IMG/VR virus record: IMGVR_UViG_3300042520_000495
Coordinates: 1-33,870 of that record
Direction: 5' to 3' (one strand)
DNA length: 33,870 nucleotides
Source: a virus
Lineage: Duplodnaviria > Caudoviricetes
The first letter of the stretch is position 1. Each line of letters starts with the position of its first letter. A model generated the notes under the pieces. The model was not told the DNA's origin, made no database searches, and saw only the letters and a list, made by a program, of their open reading frames with translations. The position numbers and the translations under genes are program-made. This document shows positions 24,101-33,067 of the stretch, one piece after another.

Positions 24101-27022
24101 TTGGGCCACATCGTTGTTGGAATAGGCGAACTTAATGCCCATCGCTCTACCGGCACGACGGATGAACGCCGCTACGCGGTTGAACGCAGCACGGATACCG
24201 GCTTCTTTAATGGGGCCAGCCTCGGCCTTAGAAGCAAGAACCTCTTCCACTGCCTGTGCATTGCTCATGCCGGGGAGTTTGACCGCATCCGCCGCAGCGC
24301 GAGTCGCCGGGTTAGTGTCGTAGATATCGTTCAGGATGTCGTCAAGACGAGTGCGGAACTTTTGGCGCAAACCAAAATGGCCTAGACTTTCATGGAGGAC
24401 AGTCGCATGTACGTCAGCCCGGTCATTAGCGCGACTGGCGATAACGTAGGTCTTACCTTCTTTGTAAAAACCTTTGGTGTTCGGTTTGATCTGCACGCCT
24501 TGTGGAATACGCGCATCGTTCTCATCGTCAAGAACAACAATTTCTGGTGCGTTAGTCCAGCCCTGAGCGGCTTCGTTTGCGGCCTGCTCGACATCAGGCT
24601 TTGCCATAACAGGCGACGGCGGCACTTGCCCCGTGCGGAACAGATCATTGGGATCAACTTCAATTAAGGGAGTTGGGGAAACTTTAAATTTTGAGGCGGT
24701 TTTTTCTTCTGCTTCGGTTAATTTTTTAACTTCAGCCTCGTACGCAGCAAAAGCAGCGTTTTCATAATCGCCAAGCCCATACTCTTGCAACGTATCCCGC
24801 ACATTATCTAAGTATGCGCCAATGGAATCATTTAAATCACGGAATGAATTTCGATCAGCAAAAGCACTGTTTGCGTTTCCTTTAGCAATTTCTACGGCTT
24901 CTTGCTGTTTGGCTTTACGATCTTTAATTTCTTTTTCAAGGTCTTCTATTTCACGCTGCCTTAATGCAGGCTCGACTCTTTCCGCTCTTGGAGCAACATC
25001 AGCAGCAACTCGTGGAGCAGGCTCCACTCTTTCACTTTCAACTGGCGCAACTTCTGGTCTAACGGGTTCTGGTCCCGGTAAAGGCAATTCAGGGCTTCTT
25101 CCAACTGTTCCAACGTCAGGCGTTTCAGTAACTGTTGGTGTTGTTTGGACGGATACACTCGGAGCCTCCCTAGGTTGCCCCATCGTGATACTGCGCTTTC
25201 CTTTCTTGATAGGTGTGACAACCCCTTCAAGTTCCATTCGTTTAAGAAGTTCAGTGGCTTTCTTGAGCCCAACGTTAAGCGCCTTCTGAATCGTTGCAGG
25301 GGCGGGATTACCAGACTGCAGAACAACTTCAACCGCTTGTCGATAAAGCGGATCTTCAACAGTGGTCGGCTCCATTGGCAGCGCGACTTGAGCGCCTGCG
25401 GCCTGCGGAATGGGAGCAACACCTCCTGACGGTGCGGGAACCGTAACAGGTTGAGTCTTGGGTGCAGTCTCTGCGCCGGGGACACCAATAGCCGCTGCCA
25501 GTGGCTGATCAATTTGAAGAGTCTGCTGCGCTCCTGCTACCTGCGGAATCCCTGTAATTGGCGTAGCCGGTGTGGTCGGCACTACCGGGGGAGGGGTCTG
25601 TATTAACTGCTGCTGAGCAGTCGCAGTTTGCGGAATTGGAGGAACGGGTGCTGCGGGCGGGGGAGATACCGGCGTGCCTGACAGTTCTTGAAGTCTTAAA
25701 CGAATGTAAGGAATGGCTTCTTTGAGCCTATCAGCCTTTGCAAGGAGCCTTTGTTCAACCTCAACAGGATCGAGTCCCGTCTTACGAGCAACTTCTTCGT
25801 TCTCTTCAACTTTGGCAGGATCAGCAAGATCAATCGAAAGTCTTTCTAACTCAGTTTCTGTTAATTTAAGCGCCTCAGCCGCTTTCTTTGGGGTGTCGAG
25901 TTTATTTAGGGCTGAACGCAGTTCGGGGGAAGCCCCCTCAAAAGACGTAGGCAGTGGAGGCTCAGCGGCTTTGGCTGCGGCTTCCTGTTCTTTCTTTACC
26001 GCTTCGATCTCTTCCTGCGTTTCAGAAACTATGTCAGCAGGAGGAGCAGTCTCTTGTACTTTGTCCCTAGCAGCAGATCTACTAGCAAGCCTACCGACAG
26101 CACCTAGTGGAGCCATCAATCCAGTCTGATACGCAACCTCGCCATACTCTCGCATGGCGTCATCACTTGTAAGCGGAAGCCCTGCTTGAGCGCGTTCTAA
26201 TGCTTGCTGAGCAACTTCGGTGGGAACTTCGGCAGCCACACCTACGACGGCACCTTTGGCTACTGTCTTGACTAAACCTTCTTTAGCCAGTTTTTCAGCG
26301 GCCTCGATATCTCCTTTTGCAAGTAAATCGTCTACTTTCTTACCAAGTTCACCAAAAAGTTTTTTACCTAAAACGCGTCCAACGACAATAAATTGACTTG
26401 CTACATCAAGCGCGGCTTGCGGAACAGCAGCGGCAGCGGCGGCTGTACGAGAAATATCCACATCCCGGCCTGCAGCGATGTCTTCTTCGGCCTGACGCTG
26501 AATGTTAGAACCGTACTGCTGCAAGAAAGACGGAGCAACGGCACCGGCTGTACTACCAACCAACGCGCCAATAGGCCCAAGTGGAGCGCCAGCAGCCGAA
26601 CCTGCTATAGCCCCCGCCACGGTAGCACCCATCTGCGGCAACTGTTCTGCGATAGCACCGGGGATACTGCCGACAACTTCGCCCGCAGCGCCTAACGCGC
26701 CACGTTCACCGTAGGCTTGCTTAACTTTTTCAAGACTCGCGCCTTCGCCGTACTCTTCAGTGATTCCTCTGCTACGCTCAGCAGCGGCAAGTGCGGCTTT
26801 CTCGGCATCGCTTAATGATTCAATAGCAGCGCGACCACTTGAGATCATCGACTCAAGGCCACTCATGAACCTATCGACTACGCCGCCTTTTTCCTCTTCA
26901 GGTTTAGCCTGTTCTTCTTGCAGGGCTTCTCTATACGCAGCGGCAACCGTCTCAAACTCCGGAGTACCTTTTTTATTTCGGTTGCGTACAATCCACGCGG
27001 CGTAATCGTCAGCCGTTGCCAC
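21197..27022 (-). CDS. large polyvalent-type virion/ejection protein (FtsK-gamma-like domain, zincin-like HExxxH, PLxRxG region)
   Basis: 1941 aa; last gene of the structural arm. Ala/Gly-rich N-terminal region, 'DPLYRQAV...MELEGVV' winged helix, 'LHESLGHFGL...EEVLA' and 'YLPLYREGEYWL'. Confidence 0.8.
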   Translation of the reverse strand: MATADDYAAWIVRNRNKKGTPEFETVAAAYREALQEEQAKPEEEKGGVVDRFMSGLESMISSGRAAIESLSDAEKAALAAAERSRGITEEYGEGASLEKVKQAYGERGALGAAGEVVGSIPGAIAEQLPQMGATVAGAIAGSAAGAPLGPIGALVGSTAGAVAPSFLQQYGSNIQRQAEEDIAAGRDVDISRTAAAAAAVPQAALDVASQFIVVGRVLGKKLFGELGKKVDDLLAKGDIEAAEKLAKEGLVKTVAKGAVVGVAAEVPTEVAQQALERAQAGLPLTSDDAMREYGEVAYQTGLMAPLGAVGRLASRSAARDKVQETAPPADIVSETQEEIEAVKKEQEAAAKAAEPPLPTSFEGASPELRSALNKLDTPKKAAEALKLTETELERLSIDLADPAKVEENEEVARKTGLDPVEVEQRLLAKADRLKEAIPYIRLRLQELSGTPVSPPPAAPVPPIPQTATAQQQLIQTPPPVVPTTPATPITGIPQVAGAQQTLQIDQPLAAAIGVPGAETAPKTQPVTVPAPSGGVAPIPQAAGAQVALPMEPTTVEDPLYRQAVEVVLQSGNPAPATIQKALNVGLKKATELLKRMELEGVVTPIKKGKRSITMGQPREAPSVSVQTTPTVTETPDVGTVGRSPELPLPGPEPVRPEVAPVESERVEPAPRVAADVAPRAERVEPALRQREIEDLEKEIKDRKAKQQEAVEIAKGNANSAFADRNSFRDLNDSIGAYLDNVRDTLQEYGLGDYENAAFAAYEAEVKKLTEAEEKTASKFKVSPTPLIEVDPNDLFRTGQVPPSPVMAKPDVEQAANEAAQGWTNAPEIVVLDDENDARIPQGVQIKPNTKGFYKEGKTYVIASRANDRADVHATVLHESLGHFGLRQKFRTRLDDILNDIYDTNPATRAAADAVKLPGMSNAQAVEEVLASKAEAGPIKEAGIRAAFNRVAAFIRRAGRAMGIKFAYSNNDVAQVLRLAQEKVTKGRREVVGLRTVAQAKKLERDLLTTPLEKLKDLGALTPERAEQTAAVVEGMSNKTRPAFLALRSLPELVEIFGKKLPALKGLMRGVIDRAVKLREIRNQIGANIEKWNEVLSDKQYKGAVIQRFYRIALESTEEQIDFRPTIIKNGVVVRNPDYKSLDPLTKEFERLPQPLQDVYFEMVDAYRKMADRYLELITQNLPPTAANILRREIEARRLKIYLPLYREGEYWLRYQDRNNNTVVDSYTSNRARVIAKQELIKAGIPAASIQTYEKIEDAMGEKGPGAGTYGFFSEINSELEKYYKDKYGIPVPVELKNTLYKTFLDSIPASSVRQQFRKREGYKGAETDMLKVYAIVASRMAGQLTNLEFTPQLDQATKLLKEDVAKDGSMTAQQVEAEIGKRLSFLREPTYNKWVNNIVFWSYFDFIMGNISSAVTNITNIGTTVYPLLGGEYGYAKTSSAIQDAMAMFMQGGWDNDAQPTRPKKFPQSDRTAFDPAKIPPNSPLGRLYKSAIQQGAIKHSTAYDITEARDRDIDQKDYMGMLNYSKQLLGWTFQNTERFNREVTMIAAFRLEMEKNRLEGRTGRAVEQDAIDKAIRLAEKANSETLTELSPRVFQHPVLKIALTFKRYARAMYALQLSLLRDALEGSRTDTTGMNPQEKAEAEAVDREFRKVAIKQWLGTIGGAFVFAGIQGLPFYGLATTLAAGASAISAAMFGDADDEITDPEEDRKQALGALAMRGPVSELLGLDIASRTGFNGMFWRDDPRRMDEIGIEYFALEQFLGAPWASIRTRIDAIRDFQEGYYDRALEKAMPVAARNFLKTWRYIQDGVTTKDGKPITEDLDAYELFMQAFGFTPTQVQKASARAGARKEIVNEVIERRQALFKNAYAAWSQGDQEGYIKALQDISKWNKTQTAAEFNATIDWDELEQSFKQRGRAEEEALDGVSIPKRYREGAVSRVKQ

Positions 27023-27024
27023 AA

Positions 27025-28362
27025 TTAACCTCCGGCAAGAATAGCGTCGGCTTTAGATCTAACACTACCACTAGCAGCAGGTGCCCCACCGCCTTGTGCT
27101 TCGGTCATGTTAATTGGCTTTCCTTCAGCATTTTGCCTCGCGGTTTTAGCCTGAATATATTTATTCCAAGCGGCTTGAGTTTCAGGCTTATCTTCCCCCT
27201 TAGCCTTTGAGAGTTGGATATAACGCCAGCCAAGTTGGTCAACAGGGTCAGCAGTTCCCATTTTAATATCGCGTTCAATCTGACCAGCGCGGTCCTGCAA
27301 GCCCATTTTAAGTGTATATTCCAACTGAGCCACACTCATTTGCCCGGCGGTCTGCCTATCTACGATTTTTTCGCGGCCTTTCTGTTCTATTCCAATTCTC
27401 TTTAGTTCCTCCAGATTCTCCGCGATCTTGGTCTCAACATTCTCCAACCTAGTCCGCTTCTTTTCTACTTCAGCAGCAGCGCCTACTGATCGCTTTTCCT
27501 TCGCGGCTTCAACTGCTTTAGTCAAACCAATAGCAGCCTTCTCCCGTTCATTACGAGCAGCGCGAATCTCCTTCTCAAGTTCACGCTCACGAGTTACCGC
27601 TGCACTACGGGCCTTAGCCATAGACATCAACAGCGTAGGCGACTTAGTAGCGTAGCCTGCAATATCCGCAGCCTCTTGCCGACGCAGGTTTTCCTTATCC
27701 TGCATTAACTCCTCAAGCGACCGCTTCTCTTGCGTCTTCAACAGATCACGTTCTTCTTCAAGAGACTTGGCGTACTCGCCAATACCCATTTCTTGTTCCC
27801 GCAGCCTCAAATCTTCCGCCGCCTGCTTAAACTGCGGGACGGTCCCCTGCTGCTGAGCAAGAGCGAGGTCTCTATACAGTTCTTCAAGTGTGCGGGGCTT
27901 GGGCGGCGCAGACTGAGGCACCCCACCTTCTTCAAACGCCACGATGCCGCCACCCGCGAAGCCCTGCGGATTCTCCATCGCCCCTGCATTAAGAGCGCCA
28001 AGACCCTGCTGCATCGGAGGCGGTTGTTGTGGCATTTGCGGCATCTGCCCTGCCATCTGAGGAGGCATACCGCCCTGCGGCATACCTTGCATAGCACCCA
28101 TAGGCATCCCGCCTTGTTGAGCCTGAGCCATAGCGGCAATCTGCTCACGAATAGTCGGGGTCTGCGGAGACTGAGTTTCCGGTTGCTTCAACTGCTCAAA
28201 CTGCTTGAGCATGGCAGGGAGATCAATCAGCGGGGCAATACCCTGCTGGGCCATACCTTTGACATAAGTGGCCGCTTGATCGACGGGCATACCCCTCTGC
28301 ATTGCCCCGTGAAGCGAAGTGAGCATCGTCCGCACAAGCGGATTAAGTGGAGATACGGCCAT
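27025..28362 (-). CDS. putative internal virion/ejection protein
   Basis: Gln/Met/Pro-rich N-terminus, 'FAGGGIVAFEEGG' and a long coiled coil; GGAAGG RBS; position in the arm. Confidence 0.65.
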   Translation of the reverse strand: MAVSPLNPLVRTMLTSLHGAMQRGMPVDQAATYVKGMAQQGIAPLIDLPAMLKQFEQLKQPETQSPQTPTIREQIAAMAQAQQGGMPMGAMQGMPQGGMPPQMAGQMPQMPQQPPPMQQGLGALNAGAMENPQGFAGGGIVAFEEGGVPQSAPPKPRTLEELYRDLALAQQQGTVPQFKQAAEDLRLREQEMGIGEYAKSLEEERDLLKTQEKRSLEELMQDKENLRRQEAADIAGYATKSPTLLMSMAKARSAAVTRERELEKEIRAARNEREKAAIGLTKAVEAAKEKRSVGAAAEVEKKRTRLENVETKIAENLEELKRIGIEQKGREKIVDRQTAGQMSVAQLEYTLKMGLQDRAGQIERDIKMGTADPVDQLGWRYIQLSKAKGEDKPETQAAWNKYIQAKTARQNAEGKPINMTEAQGGGAPAASGSVRSKADAILAGG

Positions 28363-28364
28363 TA

Positions 28365-29459
28365 TTACCTTCCTCCGAACAAGGTGCCGAGACCACCGCC
28401 GCTACCCAGCACACCGCCAATCATACCGAAAGTGCTAGACGGCTCGTAGATGCTGGTAGTTTTATCCGAAGACGGCGTACCGCGCAAAAGATTAGAGAAG
28501 AACTCAAGTTGCTTGTACGGGTACTGCATCTCGTCAATGAAGCGTTGGTAATCCGATGCCAGTTTCTGCTGCATAAGATTCTGCTGCTGACCACCCGCAC
28601 CAAGTTGCGCCTGATTAATGCCCAATTCTTGTTGATACTGTTGCTGACCAAGATTGCCGAGCATACCTGCCGCAGCCAACTGCTGTTGGATACCTTGCAA
28701 CCCAAGACCCGCGCCAAACTGACGGGACTGCTCACCCAACTGTGTACCGGCTAATCCGTATTGAGCACGGAGTTGTGCGTCTTGCGCCGCCTGCTGTGCA
28801 GCCTGTTGGTAGGCGTTCTGAAGCCCCGTGGCTTGAATGTTAGACATTTGATCGGCCAGCCCACGACGGCTTTCAAACTCAGCCAAGGCTTGACGGCTTC
28901 CGCCAAGTGCGCCAGCACGTGTTCCAGCAGCACGCATACCGGGAATCTGCCGGGAAAAGTCTTTAACAGCCTGTTTTTTCTGCTGCTCTACAACGCCCTG
29001 CATGTAAGGCGACATGTATTTATCAAGACCGCCCGGAGCGTCAAAAGCAGATTTATAAAAATCACCCGGCTGTAGTGCTTCATATTGACCGGCTTTTTGT
29101 GCGGCGAGCCCTGCAAGCCCTGCCAGACCAGTAGCCTGACCGATCTGCGGGGCGACTTTCATGCCCCCAATAGACTCCATCGCCTTCTTCTGCAGATCGC
29201 TAAAGTCAGCGACAAGCGGGCGCTCATACGGACGGAAGCCCGATTCAAGGATCGGTACCTGCTCTCCATCTTTATTTAGGATTGGCTGACCCGTAGAAGG
29301 ATCAGTTTGAAACATCGGCTTGCCCGTTTTCGGGTCAATCTTTTGCTTCGGATAAGTTAACGCTGCGCCATACCCGAGCAAGTCCTCGGCGTACTTACGC
29401 GCCCACTCAGGGATGTTAGAAGTAACCGTGTAGGTTGATGTAGGAGTTGATTCAGCCAT
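28365..29459 (-). CDS. putative DNA transfer/ejection protein
   Basis: Gln/Ala/Gly-rich, 'YMSPYMQGVV', 'GALGGSRQAL', 'YPYKQL' and a Gly-rich hydrophobic C-terminus; GGAGG RBS. Confidence 0.7.
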   Translation of the reverse strand: MAESTPTSTYTVTSNIPEWARKYAEDLLGYGAALTYPKQKIDPKTGKPMFQTDPSTGQPILNKDGEQVPILESGFRPYERPLVADFSDLQKKAMESIGGMKVAPQIGQATGLAGLAGLAAQKAGQYEALQPGDFYKSAFDAPGGLDKYMSPYMQGVVEQQKKQAVKDFSRQIPGMRAAGTRAGALGGSRQALAEFESRRGLADQMSNIQATGLQNAYQQAAQQAAQDAQLRAQYGLAGTQLGEQSRQFGAGLGLQGIQQQLAAAGMLGNLGQQQYQQELGINQAQLGAGGQQQNLMQQKLASDYQRFIDEMQYPYKQLEFFSNLLRGTPSSDKTTSIYEPSSTFGMIGGVLGSGGGLGTLFGGR

Positions 29460-29473
29460 GATTTAATCCTCCA

Positions 29474-32400
29474 TTAGCGCCGTGATTTCTTGCGCGATGG
29501 GACAGGTAAAAATTTATCTACGTTAACTTGCGGGGCTTGCTTTGACTTACCCGTTCGCGCTTTACGAATCAGCGCCATCATCTGATACAGTTTTTTAGCA
29601 CCGGCCTCAGTCGATCCGTTGCCAAGATGCGACACCACATCAGCGGGGATAACGAACTCGCCATCCGCCAACGCAGCACGCTGCACACCCTTACCCCGTA
29701 TCACGGCAGGAATATCATCAGACATACCGTCTCCCGGTCCTCGCAGGAGTTTACCACCGGCTTGGTATTCCGGCATGGGCGCCATACCGCCTCGGGCGAA
29801 GCCAAAGTTGTATCCGTCAGCGGGGTTCCGCGCTCCGCCAATCCTAGGCAAATCGGCTATTCCGCCCATTTGATACTTTCTAATACGTCCTTTTTTCACA
29901 TGTCCTCCAGCAAACCCGCCTTTACCATCTGATAAATCTTTATAACATCCTAGCCATGGGTCAGCCTCATAAGGAACCCCACGTTCGTCATAACAAAGTC
30001 CATCTTCTCCAGCAGGACTATCTTCCCACCACCAAACGCAGCGACCTACTCGTGCGTCAAAAAACTGCCCAAACGAGCACTGCGGTTGCGGTACGTTGCC
30101 ATAATCAGGTGCGTCCCCACTCGGTTCACGACCTTCAGGAATCGGCGCACAGTCGTCAGAATAAATCGGGTTACCGTCACCGTCGTAGCCCATGAATTGC
30201 TTTGAGTATCCAAACGGGCATGACCCATCCGCGTTTTTAGGCACCCTACCTTCTGACGGAGTTGGGGTCGGCGTTGGAGTGGGTTCAGGTGTAGGCTCCG
30301 GCGTAGGAGTCGGAGCGGGTTCGGAGGTTACTCCGCAAGGCGAAGGCTCCCCAAGTCCACGGGTGTAAGTCATACCATCCGGGCATCTGCCGTAGCAAAC
30401 GTCGCCTACTTGCACTTCATCCGGGGCGCACTGTTCTTGTCCGCCACCGCCACCGGGCGCAGGGGCTGGAGTAGGTTCGGGTGTCGGAGTAGGTGTTGGT
30501 TCGGGAGTTGGCGCAGGGGTGGGTTCCGGCGCAGGGGTCGGAGCCGGGGTGGGTTCCGGTGCAGGGGTCGGAGCCGGGGTGGGTTCCGGTGCAGGGGTCG
30601 GAGCCGGGGTTGGAGCAGGAGTTGGAGCAGGAGTCGGAGCGGGAGTCGGAGCCGGGGTTGGCGTCTCCCTAATAGGGCAATTCTCCCAAGATGGAATAAG
30701 CGAGCCATCTGGGCATCTTTTAAGCAGCGTCTCTGGCGAAGGGGCCGGAGTAGGTGCGGGGGTAGGCGTGGGTGCGGGCGTTGGAGCCGGTGCAGGACTT
30801 TGTTTTTTACGGCAAGCACCTAGCCCACCGTCTGCTCGCGGGTCATATTCGTATTCATTACCGTACTGCGCCTGACAGTCAGTATCACTGACTCCGTTAA
30901 ATCGGCACCGGCCTATCTCATAGTCATAGACATACCCCGGTTCAGCGCATCGGGGATCTTGCGTAGGCTCCGGCTCAGTAGGCGTCGGTACGGGTGTAGG
31001 AGTCGGAGTGGGTTCAGGTGTAGGTGCAGGCTCCGGCGCAGGGGTTGGAGTAGGTGTTGGTGCGGGTGTAGGTTCAGGTGTAGGAGTCGGAGTGGGTGCG
31101 GGCGTAGGCTCCGGCGCGGGAGTCGGAGTAGGTGTAGGTTCGGGGGCTGGAGTCGGGCAGACTTCCCATGAGGGAACAATAGACCCGTCAGGACAGGTCT
31201 TGAGTAATGGTTCTTCCTCCTCCGGTGGGGTCGGAGTAGGTGTAGGTGCAGGCTCCGGCGCAGGGGTTGGAGTAGGAGCGGGTTCCGGCGCAGGGGTTGG
31301 AGTGGGTGTAGGTGTAGGCTCCGGTGTAGGAGTCGGAGTGGGCGTAGGCGCGGGTGTAGGTGTAGGTGTAGGCTCCGGTGTAGGAGTCGGAGCGGGCGTA
31401 GGCGCGGGTGTAGGGGTTGGAGCCGGGGTTGGAGCCGGAGCAGGCGTAGTTCCGCCAGTATCACCACCCGGCGTAGTACCTCCGCCACCTGTACCCGGAC
31501 CTGTACCACCGCCGGTACCCGGACCAGATCCGCCGCCATCGCCGCCACCATCGCCGCCCCCAGTACCGGGACTCTTTACACAGGGATCAAGCCCCGCTTC
31601 CCATCTGGCAAAATCAAAAGTAAAGCCCGGCTGACACTCGGGTTTAGACGGAGGCGGTGCGGGGGTTGGAGTCGTGGGAGGCTCCCACGGATATTTAACT
31701 ACTGGGCCATAAACAGTCTCCGCACGTTGCGGAGTGGTTCTTAAATACTCATCAAGATTCAGATCCATCGGCTTCGCGGCAGTCGGCGGTCTGAGCAAAG
31801 ACTGATACCAATCGGCGAGTTCTTGATCGAACGGCATACCATTGGTATCAGCCTTCACTCCAGTCGGAGCAGGCTGAGGAAGTCGATTAACCGGATGGCG
31901 CTTTAAGTCATCTTCGCCCTGAACTGGGGCGCTGCCAGATTCGGCAGCGGCGCGATACCATTCAGTCAGGGCGGGGGCGAAAGGGAGGAGGCTTTTGAAA
32001 TACTCCTCTTTGGCTTTTTCAGAATCAGCAGTACCACCTTCAGCGAAGGTTTCTTCGCCTGTGTAAATGTCTACTTTAGGCTCATACCCGTTACCCTGTG
32101 TGCGGACCATCGGATAAGAAAAATTCGGCTGTGGCACTACCCCGCCAACCGCCATACCGCGTCGGTAATAATCTTCTTCCTCATCAGGTGGACGTTCTGG
32201 TGGAGGAGACTGGTACGGCGAACTCTGCCGCATCCCTTGTTGCGGGTTCTGCGTATAGCCCGGATATTCAGTGCCGTAGCCGTAATCAGCGTAACCGCCT
32301 TCAATAAAGTACGGTTGGCCCGGCTCACCAAAACGCGGGTTGACTCGACCGGGGCTGTACTGAACATTCCTATACCCAACCGGAGTCGGCTTAGGCATCC

Positions 32401-33061
32401 CGCCTCGCGGGTTCATCTTCTGCTCCGCCTTGTTCAAGGCGTACATCGTAATAGCCTGCATGATCGGGTCTTTGGTGAGCCCGAAAAGCCCTTTGGGCTG
32501 GCCGCCCTGTTGCGGAGCGCCTAGAAGTCCACGCAGACCACTAGAAACATCTTTGCCCAGAGGCTGCTGTACTGTGGGTTTTACCGGTTCAACGCCAATA
32601 CCGGGGGCAATCTCACCAAAATCTTCAGGACCGGGAGGACGTTCTCTATACCCAGTTGGACCGGCGATCCCCGGAATCCTACGCTGGGCTTCTTCTGCAA
32701 GACCTCCAAGAATCCGCGTACCGGCATAGGCTTTCATGCCTGCCTCAAGACCTTTTTGCAGATCTCCCTTCACCGCGCCATACGCGGCTCCGGCAAGCAT
32801 GGCGGTCGTTTGCGGGTTTTGGATGAGAGTCTTTCCAACAGACTGAACGCCTTTGACTACGGTGTTTAATATATTAGTAAGCCACCCGGCTTCCGGCAGT
32901 CCCGTAGCAGGATTACGCGGCATCTCCATACCTTGAGCGCGAGCCAAAAACTGAAGATTGCGTACTTCTTCAGGTGACATGTGGACAAGTGTGCTATCTG
33001 GTCCACGGCCTTGGGAGGCAAGGAGGGACGCAAGTCCTGCTGCGGGAGGTTGCTGGTTCAT
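29474..33061 (-). CDS. putative virion protein with Pro-Thr/Pro-Ala repeats and Cys-pair modules
   Basis: N-terminal '[16 protein letters not shown]...NPATGLPEA' and C-terminal '[12 protein letters not shown]...[20 protein letters not shown]' bracket a low-complexity insert. Confidence 0.8.
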   Translation of the reverse strand: MNQQPPAAGLASLLASQGRGPDSTLVHMSPEEVRNLQFLARAQGMEMPRNPATGLPEAGWLTNILNTVVKGVQSVGKTLIQNPQTTAMLAGAAYGAVKGDLQKGLEAGMKAYAGTRILGGLAEEAQRRIPGIAGPTGYRERPPGPEDFGEIAPGIGVEPVKPTVQQPLGKDVSSGLRGLLGAPQQGGQPKGLFGLTKDPIMQAITMYALNKAEQKMNPRGGMPKPTPVGYRNVQYSPGRVNPRFGEPGQPYFIEGGYADYGYGTEYPGYTQNPQQGMRQSSPYQSPPPERPPDEEEDYYRRGMAVGGVVPQPNFSYPMVRTQGNGYEPKVDIYTGEETFAEGGTADSEKAKEEYFKSLLPFAPALTEWYRAAAESGSAPVQGEDDLKRHPVNRLPQPAPTGVKADTNGMPFDQELADWYQSLLRPPTAAKPMDLNLDEYLRTTPQRAETVYGPVVKYPWEPPTTPTPAPPPSKPECQPGFTFDFARWEAGLDPCVKSPGTGGGDGGGDGGGSGPGTGGGTGPGTGGGGTTPGGDTGGTTPAPAPTPAPTPTPAPTPAPTPTPEPTPTPTPAPTPTPTPTPEPTPTPTPTPAPEPAPTPTPAPEPAPTPTPTPPEEEEPLLKTCPDGSIVPSWEVCPTPAPEPTPTPTPAPEPTPAPTPTPTPEPTPAPTPTPTPAPEPAPTPEPTPTPTPVPTPTEPEPTQDPRCAEPGYVYDYEIGRCRFNGVSDTDCQAQYGNEYEYDPRADGGLGACRKKQSPAPAPTPAPTPTPAPTPAPSPETLLKRCPDGSLIPSWENCPIRETPTPAPTPAPTPAPTPAPTPAPTPAPEPTPAPTPAPEPTPAPTPAPEPTPAPTPEPTPTPTPEPTPAPAPGGGGGQEQCAPDEVQVGDVCYGRCPDGMTYTRGLGEPSPCGVTSEPAPTPTPEPTPEPTPTPTPTPSEGRVPKNADGSCPFGYSKQFMGYDGDGNPIYSDDCAPIPEGREPSGDAPDYGNVPQPQCSFGQFFDARVGRCVWWWEDSPAGEDGLCYDERGVPYEADPWLGCYKDLSDGKGGFAGGHVKKGRIRKYQMGGIADLPRIGGARNPADGYNFGFARGGMAPMPEYQAGGKLLRGPGDGMSDDIPAVIRGKGVQRAALADGEFVIPADVVSHLGNGSTEAGAKKLYQMMALIRKARTGKSKQAPQVNVDKFLPVPSRKKSRR
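30245..31690 (-). repeat. coding low-complexity repeat region: (PT/PA/PE)n tracts plus one Gly-rich tract
   Basis: Tracts at about 30245-30320, 30455-30662, 30735-30795, 30960-31155, 31222-31445 and 31650-31685; Gly-rich tract at 31450-31565. Confidence 0.95.
30516..30610. repeat. 30-bp tandem repeat, about 3.2 copies
   Basis: GGGTTCCGG(T/C)GCAGGGGTCGGAGCCGGGGT at 30521, 30551 and 30581, with one mismatch overall. Confidence 0.95.
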
Positions 33062-33067
33062 AGATGT

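Noticed and set aside
30406-31634. Long alternative-frame ORFs (GVGAGVG- and Arg/Leu-rich)
   Set aside because: These are shadows of the Pro-Thr repeats, which lack stop codons in other frames. They have no RBS or independent features.
30245-31690. Possible CRISPR array or DGR repeats
   Set aside because: The repeats are in-frame coding units without unique spacers. No reverse transcriptase or adenine-specific variant pair is present.
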